NCBI GenBank assembly: GCA_965601925.1
Contig: OZ271854.1
Coordinates: forward strand, 2,880,001-2,944,000
Length of the DNA stretch: 64,000 nucleotides
Direction: 5' to 3'
Source: Alkalispirochaeta sp.
GTDB taxonomy: Bacteria > Spirochaetota > Spirochaetia > DSM-27196 > Alkalispirochaetaceae
This document shows, piece by piece, positions 27,772-38,968 of this stretch (its first letter is position 1; each line of letters begins with the position of its first letter). A program made the translations under genes and the position numbers. Below the pieces are notes generated by a model that was not told where the DNA came from, made no database searches, and saw nothing but the letters and a program-made list of their open reading frames with translations.

Positions 27772-28824
27772 ATGGCTCGAAAAGCACTCCTTAAGGGTTT
27801 CAAGCGTCCGAAAGGCATCACCTTTGAGCCCAGCGAATCTACGCCCGACTATGGGAAGTTCGTTGCCTATCCCTTCGAGCGCGGTTACGGAACGACGATC
27901 GGAAACTCGTTGCGACGAGTATTGCTCAGTTCCATTCCCGGCTACGCCGTAACGGCGCTGCGAATTACCGTGTATGACGAAGAGGGCAATCAGCGCTTTC
28001 TGTCCAGCGAGTACGAGGCGATACCGAGTGTCGTAGAAGACACACCGGACATCATTAATCGGCTCAAGCGGTTGCAGATCAAGCTCGCGGAGAATGTCGA
28101 TCAGAAGGTGATCTTCATCGAGCTCAAAGATGCGCAGAAGGTAACGGGCGGCACTTTTGCCGTGGACGGAGTTGAGGTAACCAATCCCGATCTTACCATC
28201 ATGACGTTGATGGACGATGCGTGGTTGGATATCGAGCTCCAGATCGACCTCGGGCGCGGCTACGTGCCGGCGGAGCTCAACGAGCAGTACATCGAAGAGG
28301 TCGGTACGATTTCTCTGGATGCGGTCTATTCACCGGTACGCCGGGTGAAGTATGCGATAGAGAACACGCGCGTAGGTCAGCGCAACGACTACGATAAGCT
28401 GGCGCTGGAGGTGTGGACCGACGGCACGCTCTCTCCCGTCGATGCGGTGGGCGAGGCGGCGAAAATCGCCAAAGATCATTTTGATGTCTTTATCAATTTC
28501 AACGAGGACGAAGTCGGTAACGACGACGAAGAAGATGAAGACATGAAGCTCGTACGTGAAATTCTCGCCACTCCCGTGGAAGAGTTGGAGCTGTCGGTGC
28601 GGGCAAGCAACTGCCTGAAGAATGCGAACATCAATAACCTCGGAGATCTTACGCAAAAGACCGAGGAAGAGATCGCAAAGACGCGCAACTTCGGCAAAAA
28701 GTCGCTTCAGGAGATCAAGGAGAAGCTCAGCGAATGGGAGTTGAGCTTGGGTATGACCGACTACAACGTCCTAAAGAGTAACCCCTTGTTCCTGAAGAAG
28801 AAGGAAGAGAAGAATGAAGCATAA
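27772..28824 (+). CDS. rpoA: RNA polymerase alpha subunit
   Basis: [40 protein letters not shown]. Confidence 0.99.
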   Translation: MARKALLKGFKRPKGITFEPSESTPDYGKFVAYPFERGYGTTIGNSLRRVLLSSIPGYAVTALRITVYDEEGNQRFLSSEYEAIPSVVEDTPDIINRLKRLQIKLAENVDQKVIFIELKDAQKVTGGTFAVDGVEVTNPDLTIMTLMDDAWLDIELQIDLGRGYVPAELNEQYIEEVGTISLDAVYSPVRRVKYAIENTRVGQRNDYDKLALEVWTDGTLSPVDAVGEAAKIAKDHFDVFINFNEDEVGNDDEEDEDMKLVREILATPVEELELSVRASNCLKNANINNLGDLTQKTEEEIAKTRNFGKKSLQEIKEKLSEWELSLGMTDYNVLKSNPLFLKKKEEKNEA

Positions 28825-29464
28825 GGTCGGCTACAATAGACTGGGACGTAAGACCGCCCACCGTAAGGCGATGACGCGCAATATGCTGACGTCGCTGTTC
28901 CGTCACGAGCGTATCCGCACGACGAAAGCCAAGGCGCTTGCGGTGCGGCGAACCGCGGAGAAGATGATTACGCGCGCCAAGCTCGATTCGGTTCACAACC
29001 GGCGTATGATCGGACGCGATATTAAGGACAAGATGGTCCTTGCCAAGATCTTCACCGACATCGGGCCGCGTTTTAAAGAGCGGCCCGGCGGGTATACGCG
29101 CGTCCTCAAGCTGGGGCCGCGACCGAGCGATGCCGCCGAGATGGTGATCCTGGAACTTCTCCCCATTGATGAGGAAGAGGCTCCGAAGAAGGCAAGCGCC
29201 AAAGGGACGAAGAAGGCCAAGGCGAGCGACGCCGAACCGAAGGCGAAGAAGTCGTCGAAGACGAGTAAGGCTAAGGCGAAAGATACCAAGGACGGCGCGA
29301 GCACTGCTTCGGACGAGAGTGTCGAGGTCGCACCGGCGGAGGCGACCGAAGCTGCCGCCGAGGAGAAGAACGACGCCGAGGTAAAAGCAAAAAAGCCGGC
29401 GCCTAAGAAGAAGACCACCAAGAAGAAGAGTGAAGAGGCGGAGACCGAAGGTAGCGACGGCTAG
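28814..29464 (+). CDS. rplQ: 50S ribosomal protein L17 with long Lys/Ala/Glu-rich tail
   Basis: [18 protein letters not shown]; low-complexity C-terminus. Confidence 0.97.
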   Translation: MKHKVGYNRLGRKTAHRKAMTRNMLTSLFRHERIRTTKAKALAVRRTAEKMITRAKLDSVHNRRMIGRDIKDKMVLAKIFTDIGPRFKERPGGYTRVLKLGPRPSDAAEMVILELLPIDEEEAPKKASAKGTKKAKASDAEPKAKKSSKTSKAKAKDTKDGASTASDESVEVAPAEATEAAAEEKNDAEVKAKKPAPKKKTTKKKSEEAETEGSDG

Positions 29465-29522
29465 TCTTCCTTCGTCTCTCCTCTCAATACCGTTCGGCCC
29501 GCAGGAGTGCGCATGGCGCACA

Positions 29523-30398
29523 CTACTCTTGCGGGCCGATTACGTTATCGGCCTCCCGCCGCAGTCGATCGAGACTCGACGGGCCCACCCAGCGTGCCAC
29601 AACGGCGCCCTCACCGTTTACTACGATGGTCGTCGGCGTGCCTCGGACGTTTAACAGCGATGCGATGTGTCCCCCCCGGTCCAGATGGACGGGGTACTCG
29701 ATCCCGTGGCGGCGTGCGAAGCGCAGCACGGCCTCTACGCTCCCCTCCGTGTTGAGCATATTTATCGATACGATGTTGATGCGGTCGCGATAGCGATCGT
29801 AGAAGGCCGCTTTTACCGGAAGTTCCGCGCGGCACGGGCCGCACCACGTCGCCCAGAACGTCACGATCGTCGGTGCGCCCTCCTCACCGATCGCAACCGG
29901 TGTGCCGTGTGGATCGGTCAACATCGGCGCGCGTATATCGGACGGTTGGATCGATGCGGTCCCCTGCGTACCGGCTATATTGGTGACCGCCGCGACGGCA
30001 ATCACCGCCGCAAGCGCTCCGGCGCCGAGCGCCGTCAGGAGAGGGCGCACGATACCGGTGCGTCCTATGAGGCGCGGCGCGATAAAGAGAAGGCAGGCGG
30101 ATAGACCCGCAATGAGTCCCCACCGCCCGCCGGGGAGTCGCAGGAGGCGGATCGGGTCGGCGAGAATCTCGTGCCACCACGTAAAGAGCGGCCAGATCTT
30201 CCACACCAAAAACCCGATGAAGATGCCCGTCGAGGCGCGATCGACAAGTGTGCGTATCGTCTCGGCTTCGTCCGCCTTTACCCGCGCGTACAGTCGCAAC
30301 GTCGCCGCCGCCGCGATAAGAGATATAAGTGCCACCACTACCGTTGACGGTACTACGGCCGGACCGAGACGTAGTGCGTCGGGCACTATTCGTCCCAC
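29523..30398 (-). CDS. membrane-anchored TlpA/ResA-like thiol-disulfide oxidoreductase with Lgt-like N-terminal TM region
   Basis: [17 protein letters not shown]; about 4 N-terminal TM segments; start uncertain. Confidence 0.8.
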   Translation of the reverse strand: MGRIVPDALRLGPAVVPSTVVVALISLIAAAATLRLYARVKADEAETIRTLVDRASTGIFIGFLVWKIWPLFTWWHEILADPIRLLRLPGGRWGLIAGLSACLLFIAPRLIGRTGIVRPLLTALGAGALAAVIAVAAVTNIAGTQGTASIQPSDIRAPMLTDPHGTPVAIGEEGAPTIVTFWATWCGPCRAELPVKAAFYDRYRDRINIVSINMLNTEGSVEAVLRFARRHGIEYPVHLDRGGHIASLLNVRGTPTTIVVNGEGAVVARWVGPSSLDRLRREADNVIGPQE

Positions 30399-30898
30399 TC
30401 TTCGAGATACCGTTTCCAGCCTATATCGGCGAGATGACTGGCGGCGTGTGTCACTTCATCGGACTGGCGTTGCAGAAAATCCTCGTGACGTCGGCGGATT
30501 TCGGCATCCGAGACGGCGAGGATGCGGATCGCCAGAAGCGCGGCGTTGCGTGCGTTGTTGACCGCGACGGTGGCAACGGGCACCCCTCGAGGCATTTGGA
30601 CGATCGATAGGAGGCTATCGAGGCCGTCTTGAAATCTTGTTCGTACCGGGACCCCGATGACGGGAAGCGACGTCATGGCTGCAACCATACCCGGCAAGTG
30701 GGCGGCGCCGCCGGCGCCGGCGATAATTACGTGGTAGCCGCGCGAGGACGCACGTCGCGCAAACTCCGTCATACGCTCCGGCGTTCTATGTGCGCTCACG
30801 ATATCGACGGAGTGTGCGACGTCGAACTCTTCTAATGTTTCCGCCGCGGCGGACATGATGGGCAGGTCCGAATCGCTTCCCATAATAACGGCAACCAT
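30386..30898 (-). CDS. purE: N5-CAIR mutase
   Basis: [34 protein letters not shown]. Confidence 0.97.
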   Translation of the reverse strand: MVAVIMGSDSDLPIMSAAAETLEEFDVAHSVDIVSAHRTPERMTEFARRASSRGYHVIIAGAGGAAHLPGMVAAMTSLPVIGVPVRTRFQDGLDSLLSIVQMPRGVPVATVAVNNARNAALLAIRILAVSDAEIRRRHEDFLQRQSDEVTHAASHLADIGWKRYLEEWDE

Positions 30899-30966
30899 GT
30901 GCGTTTGCTCCCTTCTCGATGTTTCGCCTCGCCTTGCGTACCGGCGCGTCGGATATTCCGAGCGCG

Positions 30967-32133
30967 CTACGCCCCGTGTGACTCAGTTAGCGGGACGAAC
31001 CGAATCGCTTCCGCCGCCGCAAGCGCCTTGGTGAGCGCCTCAGCGGTCGTTGTACCGCCCGCGGTGACGTGTCCCATTTTGCGTCCGCTGCGGAGCTCTC
31101 GTTTTCCGTAGAGGTGTAGGTGGACGTCCGGATATCTCAGGGCCGCCTCGCGACCCGAGACGCGGTAGGGCCCGGTACCCACCTCGGCCTCGGCGACCAG
31201 ATTCACCATCGCCGTCGGACCGCGCATCGTCGTATCGCCGGGCGGCAGGCCGGCCACGGCCCTGATGTGCTGTTCGAATTGGCTGCAACGACTCCCCTCG
31301 ATCGTAAGGTGTCCCGAGTTGTGCGGCCTCGGAGCAACCTCGTTAAGGAGGACGCGACCGTCGGTGTCGATAAAGAGCTCCACCGCGAGCACACCGATAA
31401 GGCCGCGTTCGCCCAACGCCGCGGCGGCTTTGCGTGCCGTCGCAACCGCCTCGGCCGCAATCTCCTCGGGGACGTCGGCCGGACAGACGACGTGGCGCAC
31501 CAAGTTGAGGTGAGGGTCGAAGCCCATCTCAACCGGCTCCCAGTGGTGGAGCGATCCGTCGGGAAACCGCGCGACGACGACTGCGACCTCCGTAGCGATA
31601 TCGACGGCGTGTTCGACAAAAGACGGGCCGCTCAGTGGCAGGGAGGCGCCGCCGGAGACGACTGCAACCCCGCGACCGTCGTAGCCGCCGTGGCGCACCT
31701 TCTGTACGGCCCGAGGGATGTCCTTCGGCAGGGCGCCGTAGTACACCGCGGCGTCGTCGGCGAGAAGGGGCGCTACGGGGATCCCCGCCGCGTCAAAGAA
31801 GCGTTTCTGTTCGAGCTTGTCGGCGACCAAGTGCAGAACAGCCGCCGCCGGTCGCACCGCGCGTTCCGCCGCCTCCAACTCCGAGAGCATTTTCGGGTCG
31901 GTGTGTTCTATCTCGAACGTGAGGACATCGCTCGAGCGGGCGAGGCGGTAGAGCGAGTCGCGGTCTCCCAAGGGACCCTCGATCACGCCGGCGACCGTCG
32001 AGGCGGGGCATAGCGGATCGGGATCCAAGGTTACGATGGATATTTGAAGGGGTACAGCGGCGAGGGCCAGCATGCGACCGAGCTGGCCGCCACCGACGAC
32101 GCCTACCGTTTCGATTCGCCCGTGCGTATTCAC
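30967..32133 (-). CDS. purK: N5-CAIR synthetase
   Basis: [31 protein letters not shown]...RKMGH. Confidence 0.96.
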   Translation of the reverse strand: MNTHGRIETVGVVGGGQLGRMLALAAVPLQISIVTLDPDPLCPASTVAGVIEGPLGDRDSLYRLARSSDVLTFEIEHTDPKMLSELEAAERAVRPAAAVLHLVADKLEQKRFFDAAGIPVAPLLADDAAVYYGALPKDIPRAVQKVRHGGYDGRGVAVVSGGASLPLSGPSFVEHAVDIATEVAVVVARFPDGSLHHWEPVEMGFDPHLNLVRHVVCPADVPEEIAAEAVATARKAAAALGERGLIGVLAVELFIDTDGRVLLNEVAPRPHNSGHLTIEGSRCSQFEQHIRAVAGLPPGDTTMRGPTAMVNLVAEAEVGTGPYRVSGREAALRYPDVHLHLYGKRELRSGRKMGHVTAGGTTTAEALTKALAAAEAIRFVPLTESHGA

Positions 32134-32264
32134 GTGCGGTGAGGATACGGCGTGCTCGGCGTCGCGGTCAAGTTGAGGCGGGTCGGTTCGGTCCCGTTAC
32201 TCGTTACCGCCCGCCCGTGCTTAAGCCTTCGACGAAAGGGTGCGCGGAGTACGTATGTGCTCTC

Positions 32265-33260
32265 TCAGTCCCAGCTGAGACCGCCGGTTTGATACTCCGT
32301 GACGCGGGTCTCGAAGAAGTTCTTCTCCTTGGCCAGATCGGTGCTCTGACTCATCCACGGAAAGGGGTTCTGCGTCTCGAAATACTTGCCGAGTCCGATG
32401 CGCTCCAGACGCCGGTCGGCGATGTACTCCACGTACTCGCCGAAGGAGTCCGAGTTGATGCCGACAATGCCCTCCGGGCACGCATCGCGGGCGTAGTTTT
32501 TCTCCAGCTCGACCGCCTTCACGATTAAGCCTCGGAGCTCATCGGCAAACGCATCGGTCCATATCTCGGGGTTTTCAGCCTTGACGGTGTTGATGAGATC
32601 GGCACCGAAGGCGAGGTGGAGGCTCTCGTCGCGCATGATGTATTCGAACTGTTCGCCGATACCTACCATCTTTCCCTTGCGCTTGAGCGCGAGCATCATC
32701 GCGAAACCGGCGTAAAAGAAGATACCCTCCATGATAATGTAGTACCCCACAAGATCGTGGACGAAACGCTGAATGTTCGCCGTGCCTTCGGTCGTGAACG
32801 CAGAGTCGAAGACGCTCTTCGTAAGGTCGATGACGAAATCGTCTTTTTCCTTGATCGAGGGAATGGTCTCATACATCCCGTAGATCTCGTCCGGATCGAG
32901 GCCCAGGGAGTCGCACGCGTAGATGAAGGTGTCGGTGTGTACCGCCTCCTCAAACGCTTGACGGAGCATGTACTGTCGCGACTCGGGGTTGGTGACGTGG
33001 TTGTACACCGCGAGTACGATGTTGTTCGCCGTAAGACTCTCGGCGGTGGAAAAGAAACCCAGATTCCAGAGGATCAGGCGACGCTCGGTCGGGCTCAGGA
33101 CGTCCGAATTCTTCCACTGCTCGATGTCGTCCTGCATCGGTATCTCCTCGGGAACCCACGTGTTGGCGATCGCGTTGCGGTAGTGTTCCCGCGCCCACGG
33201 ATAGCGCATGGGGAGGATCTTGTTGGGATCGGTCTTCGAGTTGTTAATAATGCTCATCAC
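32265..33260 (-). CDS. nrdB: ribonucleotide reductase small subunit, class Ic (Mn/Fe R2c) signature
   Basis: FFSTAES, EEAVHTDTF, EGIFFY, RDESLH, EKNFFETRVTEYQ. Confidence 0.95.
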   Translation of the reverse strand: MMSIINNSKTDPNKILPMRYPWAREHYRNAIANTWVPEEIPMQDDIEQWKNSDVLSPTERRLILWNLGFFSTAESLTANNIVLAVYNHVTNPESRQYMLRQAFEEAVHTDTFIYACDSLGLDPDEIYGMYETIPSIKEKDDFVIDLTKSVFDSAFTTEGTANIQRFVHDLVGYYIIMEGIFFYAGFAMMLALKRKGKMVGIGEQFEYIMRDESLHLAFGADLINTVKAENPEIWTDAFADELRGLIVKAVELEKNYARDACPEGIVGINSDSFGEYVEYIADRRLERIGLGKYFETQNPFPWMSQSTDLAKEKNFFETRVTEYQTGGLSWD

Positions 33261-33275
33261 GGTCTCCTTTGTTCG

Positions 33276-36170
33276 TTACTGGCAACTCTCACAATCGGGG
33301 TCGGTCAGGCTACAGATATTGGTTACCTCGGTCGCCGGAGTCATGGTCGCCGTATCGATACGGGCCGGTATCGGGCGCCCCTCGGCCCCTACCGCATCGC
33401 GAAGCGCGACACGGTTGCTTCCGGCATCGACCGCCGCGTCTCGATCCGCCGCCGCCGACGCGCGCTCTCCCGTCGCATGCGAAGAGCCGGCGGGGGAGGT
33501 GTCGCGCCGTTGGGTGAAACCGTACTTGGCGGCGTCCAGGGTGCTCTTCTCGATCTGGCTCGCCCCGAGACTTCGGAGGTAGTACGTCGTCTTGAGACCC
33601 ATCCTCCACGCCTCCGTGTATACCTCGTGAAGTTTCTTGCCGCTTGTGCCGCGGATGAAGACGTTGTGGCTCTGGCTCTGGTCGATCCACTTGCCGCGGC
33701 GCGCGGTAAGCTCGAGCAGTGCCGTCGGATCGATATCGAACGCCTCGCGATGGAGCTCCTTGAGCTCGACGGGGATACCGGCGATGTGCGCGATGTTTCC
33801 GTCGTGATACTTCAGTTGCTCGAGCATCTCCTCGTTCCAGAGTCCGTGGCGCTTGAGGTCGCGTACCAGATACTCGTTAATAACGGTAAACTCACCGCTC
33901 ATGTTCGCTTTGACATAGAGATTCTTGTAGATCGGCTCGATCGACGGATACACGCCGGCGATATTAGAGATCGTCGCCGTGGGGGCTATCGCCATCGTGT
34001 TGGAGTTGCGCATCCCCTGTCGAGCGACGGTCGCCTTCAGCGCGTCCCAATCGAGGCGGCGCGTCCGGTCTACCGGGACCGGTACCCCACGCTCGGATTC
34101 CAAAAGATCGAGGGTATCGATCGGAAAGAGTTCGCGATCCCACTTGCTTCCCGCGAAGGTCGAGTACGAACCGCGCTCGGCTGCGAGGTTGCTGGAACCG
34201 AGAATTGCGTGATAGCTGATAAACTCCATGCTCTCGTCGACAAATGTACCCGCTTCCTCGCCGTCGATCGGAAGCCCGAGGGTGAACAGCGCGTCCTGTA
34301 ACCCCATGAGCCCGAGACCCACCGGGCGATGTCGAAGGTTCGCGGTGCGCGCCTCGACGGTCGGATAGAAGTTGATATCGACGACGTTGTCGAGCATACG
34401 CATTGCCGTCTGTACGGTCTCTTCGAGGAGAAAGTGGTTGAGTCCATCCTCCTCGACGTGGCGCGCGAGATTGACGGAGCCCAGATTGCACACCGCCGTC
34501 TCCTCCGCGGAGTTGTTGAGCGTGATCTCGGTGCACAAGTTGGAGTTGTGCACGACCCCGACGTGATCTTGCGGGCTGCGGATGTTCGACGGGTCCTTGA
34601 AGGTGATCCACGGATGTCCGGTTTCGAAAAGGCGCGTGAGCATTTTGCGCCATAACTTCACCGCCTCGACGCGACGCCATTGTCGAATGTTCCCTTCCTC
34701 CGCCGCCCGCTCGTACTCGATGTACCGTTCTTCGAAGGCGCGTCCATACAAGTCGTGCAGATCCGCCACCTCCTCGGGGCTGAAGAGCGTCCAGTACGAC
34801 TCCTCGCTTACCCGCTTCATAAATAAGTCCGGGATCCAGTTGGCGGTGTTCATATCGTGCGTGCGGCGCCGATCGTCGCCGGTGTTCCGCCGGAGGTCGA
34901 GAAAGTCCTCGATGTCGAGGTGCCACGTCTCCAGGTACGCACACGTCGCACCGCGGCGCTTTCCGCTGCGGTTGATCGCGACGGTCGTGTCGTTGGCGAT
35001 TTTGAGAAACGGTATCACCCCCTGACTCTCGACCTTGGTGCTCTTGATCGCCGCGCCCGTAGCACGGATGTAGCTCCAGTCGTTGCCGATACCGCCGGAC
35101 CACTTGCTCATTTGCGCGTTATCGCCGATGCACTTGAAGATGTGCTCCAAGTCGTCCTCGACGGTGCTGAGGTAACAGCTGGAGAGTTGCGGATGCGGTG
35201 TACCGGCGTGAAACAGGGTCGGCGTGGAGCTGACGAACCGCAGACCGGACAGCAGATCGTAGAACTCGCGCGCTCTCGCGGTAGGTTCGGCCTCCTCAAC
35301 CGCGAGCCCCATGGCGACGCGCATCCAGAAGTGCTGTGGCGTTTCGATCGGTCTCCCGCCAAGCCTGAGAAAGTATCGCTCGTAGAGCGTTTGGGTACCC
35401 AGGTAGAGCAGGTCGTCGTCGCGGCCGAGCTGAAGATATGCCGCAAGCTCCTCCAAATCGAATCGCTCAGCCAACGCGGGTGCGTACAGTCCGACCTCGA
35501 CGCCTCGGCGAATGTTCTCTTGGAAGGCCGATCGATACATCTCGTCGAACGAGGTCGCGTCGACGGATTGCCCGAAGACTTCGCGGTAGAGCTTTTGTCG
35601 CACGAGGCGCGAGGCGAGACGGTTGTACTGCGGATCGCGTTCGATGAATGCCGTGACCGAGAGAATCAACGCCTCCTCGAGCTCCGAGGTCGCGACGCCG
35701 TCGTAGATGTTTCGTTTGAGTTCGGTCAGAATGAGGTCGTAGTCCACCTCTCCCAGATCCCCGGCGTGGCGCGCCAGAGTCTCTTCGATTCTGGTGAGGT
35801 CGAAGGGAGCCGCGGCACGATTGCGCTTTTGTACCGTCAGGTCGCCGCTGAACACTTTTCGCGCGGAATCGCTCGCTCGACGCTCTCTGGCATCGGCGCG
35901 GCGTTGGCGATATATGATGTAACGACGACTCACGGTGAACAGCTGATTGCTCATGAGCGTCTCTTCGACGGCATCCTGTATCGTTTCGATGTCGACCGGT
36001 CCCTCCGATCCTCGAAAGCGCCGTCCGATCTCTTCGCCGATACGATCGAGTCTCTCTTCGTCGGCATCCTCGCCGGCGGCATCGAATGCGCGCTCGACGG
36101 CGCCGATAACACGATCGAGGTCGAACGCTACCAGTTCCCCGTTGCGCTTCCTAACACGCGGATATGCCAT
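33276..36170 (-). CDS. nrdA: ribonucleotide reductase large subunit with two ATP cones
   Basis: VRKRNG and VQKRNR cone starts, QLSSCYL, SNLCTEI, AVCNLGS, APTATIS, KTTYY, C-terminal CESC. Start set at the ATG after GGGGGG rather than at 36767. Confidence 0.96.
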   Translation of the reverse strand: MAYPRVRKRNGELVAFDLDRVIGAVERAFDAAGEDADEERLDRIGEEIGRRFRGSEGPVDIETIQDAVEETLMSNQLFTVSRRYIIYRQRRADARERRASDSARKVFSGDLTVQKRNRAAAPFDLTRIEETLARHAGDLGEVDYDLILTELKRNIYDGVATSELEEALILSVTAFIERDPQYNRLASRLVRQKLYREVFGQSVDATSFDEMYRSAFQENIRRGVEVGLYAPALAERFDLEELAAYLQLGRDDDLLYLGTQTLYERYFLRLGGRPIETPQHFWMRVAMGLAVEEAEPTARAREFYDLLSGLRFVSSTPTLFHAGTPHPQLSSCYLSTVEDDLEHIFKCIGDNAQMSKWSGGIGNDWSYIRATGAAIKSTKVESQGVIPFLKIANDTTVAINRSGKRRGATCAYLETWHLDIEDFLDLRRNTGDDRRRTHDMNTANWIPDLFMKRVSEESYWTLFSPEEVADLHDLYGRAFEERYIEYERAAEEGNIRQWRRVEAVKLWRKMLTRLFETGHPWITFKDPSNIRSPQDHVGVVHNSNLCTEITLNNSAEETAVCNLGSVNLARHVEEDGLNHFLLEETVQTAMRMLDNVVDINFYPTVEARTANLRHRPVGLGLMGLQDALFTLGLPIDGEEAGTFVDESMEFISYHAILGSSNLAAERGSYSTFAGSKWDRELFPIDTLDLLESERGVPVPVDRTRRLDWDALKATVARQGMRNSNTMAIAPTATISNIAGVYPSIEPIYKNLYVKANMSGEFTVINEYLVRDLKRHGLWNEEMLEQLKYHDGNIAHIAGIPVELKELHREAFDIDPTALLELTARRGKWIDQSQSHNVFIRGTSGKKLHEVYTEAWRMGLKTTYYLRSLGASQIEKSTLDAAKYGFTQRRDTSPAGSSHATGERASAAADRDAAVDAGSNRVALRDAVGAEGRPIPARIDTATMTPATEVTNICSLTDPDCESCQ

Positions 36171-36257
36171 GCAAGCCCCCCTACGGTGGTTCTGTGAGTC
36201 TATCGTGACGCGGTCACGACGGCTGGATTCCCCTCCCGGAAACCCGGTTCCTCTCGC

Positions 36258-36286
36258 AATATAGTCGCACTGGTTGTGTATATCAA
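36258..36286 (-). promoter_or_regulatory. putative nrdA sigma70 promoter
   Basis: Minus strand TTGATA-17bp-TATATT. Confidence 0.55.
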
Positions 36287-36304
36287 GGTGTTTGGTGAAA
36301 GAAG

Positions 36305-36320
36305 GCGCTATATATGGTGT
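36305..36320 (-). promoter_or_regulatory. putative NrdR box
   Basis: ACACCATATATAGCGC resembles acaCwAtATaTwGtgt and lies upstream of nrdAB; no clear second box. Confidence 0.55.
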
Positions 36321-36518
36321 AATGATAAAAACAATCATAAATGACGGCCGTAACCTCGCACATTCGACGTATATGCGTGGGTTGTCAGGATCGGGCGGGG
36401 CGCCGATACTACAACGGTTCTCGGTTTCAAGGCTTGTGCATCGGAGGTGTCGTTGAGACGTTACTATCCGCCCGGTGAGAAAGGGCAACCGCGGCAGTCT
36501 TCGCCGGGGGTTACGAGA

Positions 36519-37838
36519 ATGAGTCTCGACCGGTGGCGTACGCTCTGGCGTGAAGATACCGGGGCGTGGGCTTCGGCGTTGCGGGATCGTCCCTATCGTT
36601 TCGATCCCGAGGCCGCACCTCGGGCGATCGCCGCGTGGTGGAACTCGTTGTACCCCGCCGACCGGGAGGATTCGGCGAGTGCCGAGAGCGATGCATTGCG
36701 AGGAGTCCCTTTTCTCGTGAAAGACCTCTTCGATATTCCCGGCGAGGTCACTTCGTGTAGCTCGCATCTGTTTACCGACCCCACCGGACCCGGCGGCGAG
36801 CCCGCACGCAGCACCTCATGGCTTGCGGAGCGGTTCGTGCAACTCGGCGCCCATTGCGAGGGGCGAACGCACATGAATGAGTTTGCCTACGGCCTCGACG
36901 GGCGCAACGCGCACTTCGGCGATTGCCCGCACCCCCTCGACGGACGGCGCATAAGCGGCGGCTCCTCGAGCGGTTCGGCGTGGGCCGTGGCCGCCGGAGT
37001 CGTGCCCGTTGCTTTGGGTACGGATACCGGCGGTTCAATCAGGTTGCCCGCCGCCCTGTGCGGTATTTACGGCTATCGTATGGCCTACGACGCGGCGCGC
37101 CTTCACGGAGTCTTTCCTTTGGCACGCAGCATGGATACCGTCGGTTGGTTCACGGCGCATGCCGACGATATGGCGGAGCTTATGGCCCTCGTCTCCGGTA
37201 TGGAAGACGCCCCGACCGAGGACGGAAGCGAAGATGACGCCGGGGATCTCTCGGTCGGTGTGACCGTGCCTCCGGGTGTGGAACCGGATGAGGAGGTCGC
37301 GACTCGTTGGGAGGCCGTCTTGGAGGCTATCGCCGTCGTTCGCGGTATCAAGGAGGTCGTCGCGCTCCCTTCCTCCGCGGTACTCGGCGATTCCGCGTGG
37401 AAGGCGTACAACGTGATCGGATCTTACGAGGCGTGGAGCGCTCACGAGAAGTGGGTCGACCGATATCGGTCCCTGTACGATCCGACGGTGTGGGCTCTCA
37501 TCGACCGCGGTCGACACTGGAGCGAAGAGCGTCTGAGCGAAGCGCGTGCGATACGGGAGAAGGTTCGCGAGTGCACCATCGAATGGTTTCGAGAGGTGGA
37601 TCTCGTCCTCGTTCCTGCGACCCCGTCGGTATCTCCCCTCGCCGACCGGGCGGGCGGACGCTTTCGCGAGGGAGTCATTCGCCTGAACGCTCCCGCCTCC
37701 CTTTCGGGTTTGGCGGCTCTCTCAATACCCGTCGCTCACGACGCAGTGCGAAGCAGCGGGTTTCAGGTTCTCGTGCCGTCGGGGTGCGAGAAGCGATTGA
37801 TTCGGTTTCTAAAAATGTGGGCGACCGTCGTACAGTAG
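36519..37838 (+). CDS. amidase signature family protein
   Basis: VKDLFD, GGSSSGS, GTDTGGSIRLPA. Confidence 0.9.
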   Translation: MSLDRWRTLWREDTGAWASALRDRPYRFDPEAAPRAIAAWWNSLYPADREDSASAESDALRGVPFLVKDLFDIPGEVTSCSSHLFTDPTGPGGEPARSTSWLAERFVQLGAHCEGRTHMNEFAYGLDGRNAHFGDCPHPLDGRRISGGSSSGSAWAVAAGVVPVALGTDTGGSIRLPAALCGIYGYRMAYDAARLHGVFPLARSMDTVGWFTAHADDMAELMALVSGMEDAPTEDGSEDDAGDLSVGVTVPPGVEPDEEVATRWEAVLEAIAVVRGIKEVVALPSSAVLGDSAWKAYNVIGSYEAWSAHEKWVDRYRSLYDPTVWALIDRGRHWSEERLSEARAIREKVRECTIEWFREVDLVLVPATPSVSPLADRAGGRFREGVIRLNAPASLSGLAALSIPVAHDAVRSSGFQVLVPSGCEKRLIRFLKMWATVVQ

Positions 37839-37860
37839 GCACGCTACGGAGGATTGTCCG

Positions 37861-38427
37861 CTACGCGTCGACCTCGAGGCGACGCAGCGCTCGCTGAGAG
37901 GCCGCCGCGAGACGGTAGGCGTCCGCCGCGACTCGCATGTCGGCGGCCGACGGATCGCCCGGCGCAAGGGCGGCATTGAGCACCGTTCGCGCCTTCTTGA
38001 GCGATGCGCGGGGATCGCCGGGAACGGGATCGAGATCGACGGCGATCCGTCCGCCGGTGACGACTCTCTCACCCGCCGGGCCGCGCGCAGTCGAGTAATG
38101 GATGGCCGACTCGGCGTAGGGGCCGAGCGACGCCGCGTGCGCGCGCTCGTGGAGCCGAACTTCAGCGTCTCTACGCAGCGCATCGTCGGAAATCTGCAAG
38201 ACATAGTCGGTTCCCGGAACCGGAGTGCCGGTGTCCCGGGGTCGAGAAGATGCGCGTTGTGCGGATTGACCCGTCTCGGAGCCGATGCCTTCCCGTTGTT
38301 GAGTGATGACGATGACCGGCGTCCGGCGTGTATCGATATCGCCTCCTCCGTCCGCCGAATGTCGAGAGGAGATGTGCCGGGCCGCGCCGGGGAGTGTCAC
38401 GCCGCCGAGGTCGTATACCACCCGCAT
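37861..38427 (-). CDS. SprA-related (putative metalloprotease) family protein
   Basis: DAEVRLHERAH...RGPAG...GG...AALAPGDPSAADMRVA. Confidence 0.75.
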   Translation of the reverse strand: MRVVYDLGGVTLPGAARHISSRHSADGGGDIDTRRTPVIVITQQREGIGSETGQSAQRASSRPRDTGTPVPGTDYVLQISDDALRRDAEVRLHERAHAASLGPYAESAIHYSTARGPAGERVVTGGRIAVDLDPVPGDPRASLKKARTVLNAALAPGDPSAADMRVAADAYRLAAASQRALRRLEVDA

Positions 38428-38492
38428 AGGAAAAGAGTATATACAAACGTGCCGATACGTCGATGGGGGCCGCAAAAAAAGGGGGAGTGAGC

Positions 38493-38948
38493 ATGAAGGT
38501 TGTTGTAGAGCCGCTATCGGAGGCGGATCTGACGCAGGTCGTCGAACTCTGGGAACGGACCGAGCATCTCGGCATGTCCAGCGCCGATAGCCCGGACGCG
38601 CTACGTCGTTTCTTGCGACGTAACGAAGGCTTGAGCGTCGTCGCGCGCGTCGCGGCGTCCGACGACCAGACGACGGCGCAGAGTACGATTGTCGGAGCGG
38701 TTCTTGTGGGACACGACGGCCGTCGCGGATATCTCTACCATTTGGCGGTCGATCCCGCCGTGCGCCGTCGAGGTGTTGCGGCGCGCATAGTTGCGGAAGC
38801 GCGACGGACGCTCGCCTCGGAGGGGATCGAGCGCTGCCATATCATGGTATACGCCGAGAATCGTACCGGACGGGCGATCTGGCGGCGCCTCGGATGGCGG
38901 GACCGGCATGACATATCAATAATGACTGTCGATATCCCCATAACCTGA
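38493..38948 (+). CDS. GNAT acetyltransferase (YpeA-like)
   Basis: GHDGRRGYLYHLAVDP...RRRGVA. Confidence 0.9.
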   Translation: MKVVVEPLSEADLTQVVELWERTEHLGMSSADSPDALRRFLRRNEGLSVVARVAASDDQTTAQSTIVGAVLVGHDGRRGYLYHLAVDPAVRRRGVAARIVAEARRTLASEGIERCHIMVYAENRTGRAIWRRLGWRDRHDISIMTVDIPIT

Positions 38949-38968
38949 CCCGAGCTTCGATCTCGTTC

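Noticed and set aside
32616..36197. Long plus-strand ORFs opposite nrdAB
   Set aside because: Antisense shadows with no domain signal.
36171..36767. 199-aa N-terminal extension of NrdA in the ORF track
   Set aside because: Overlaps the divergent amidase gene and the promoter/NrdR box; the ATP cone starts at 36170.
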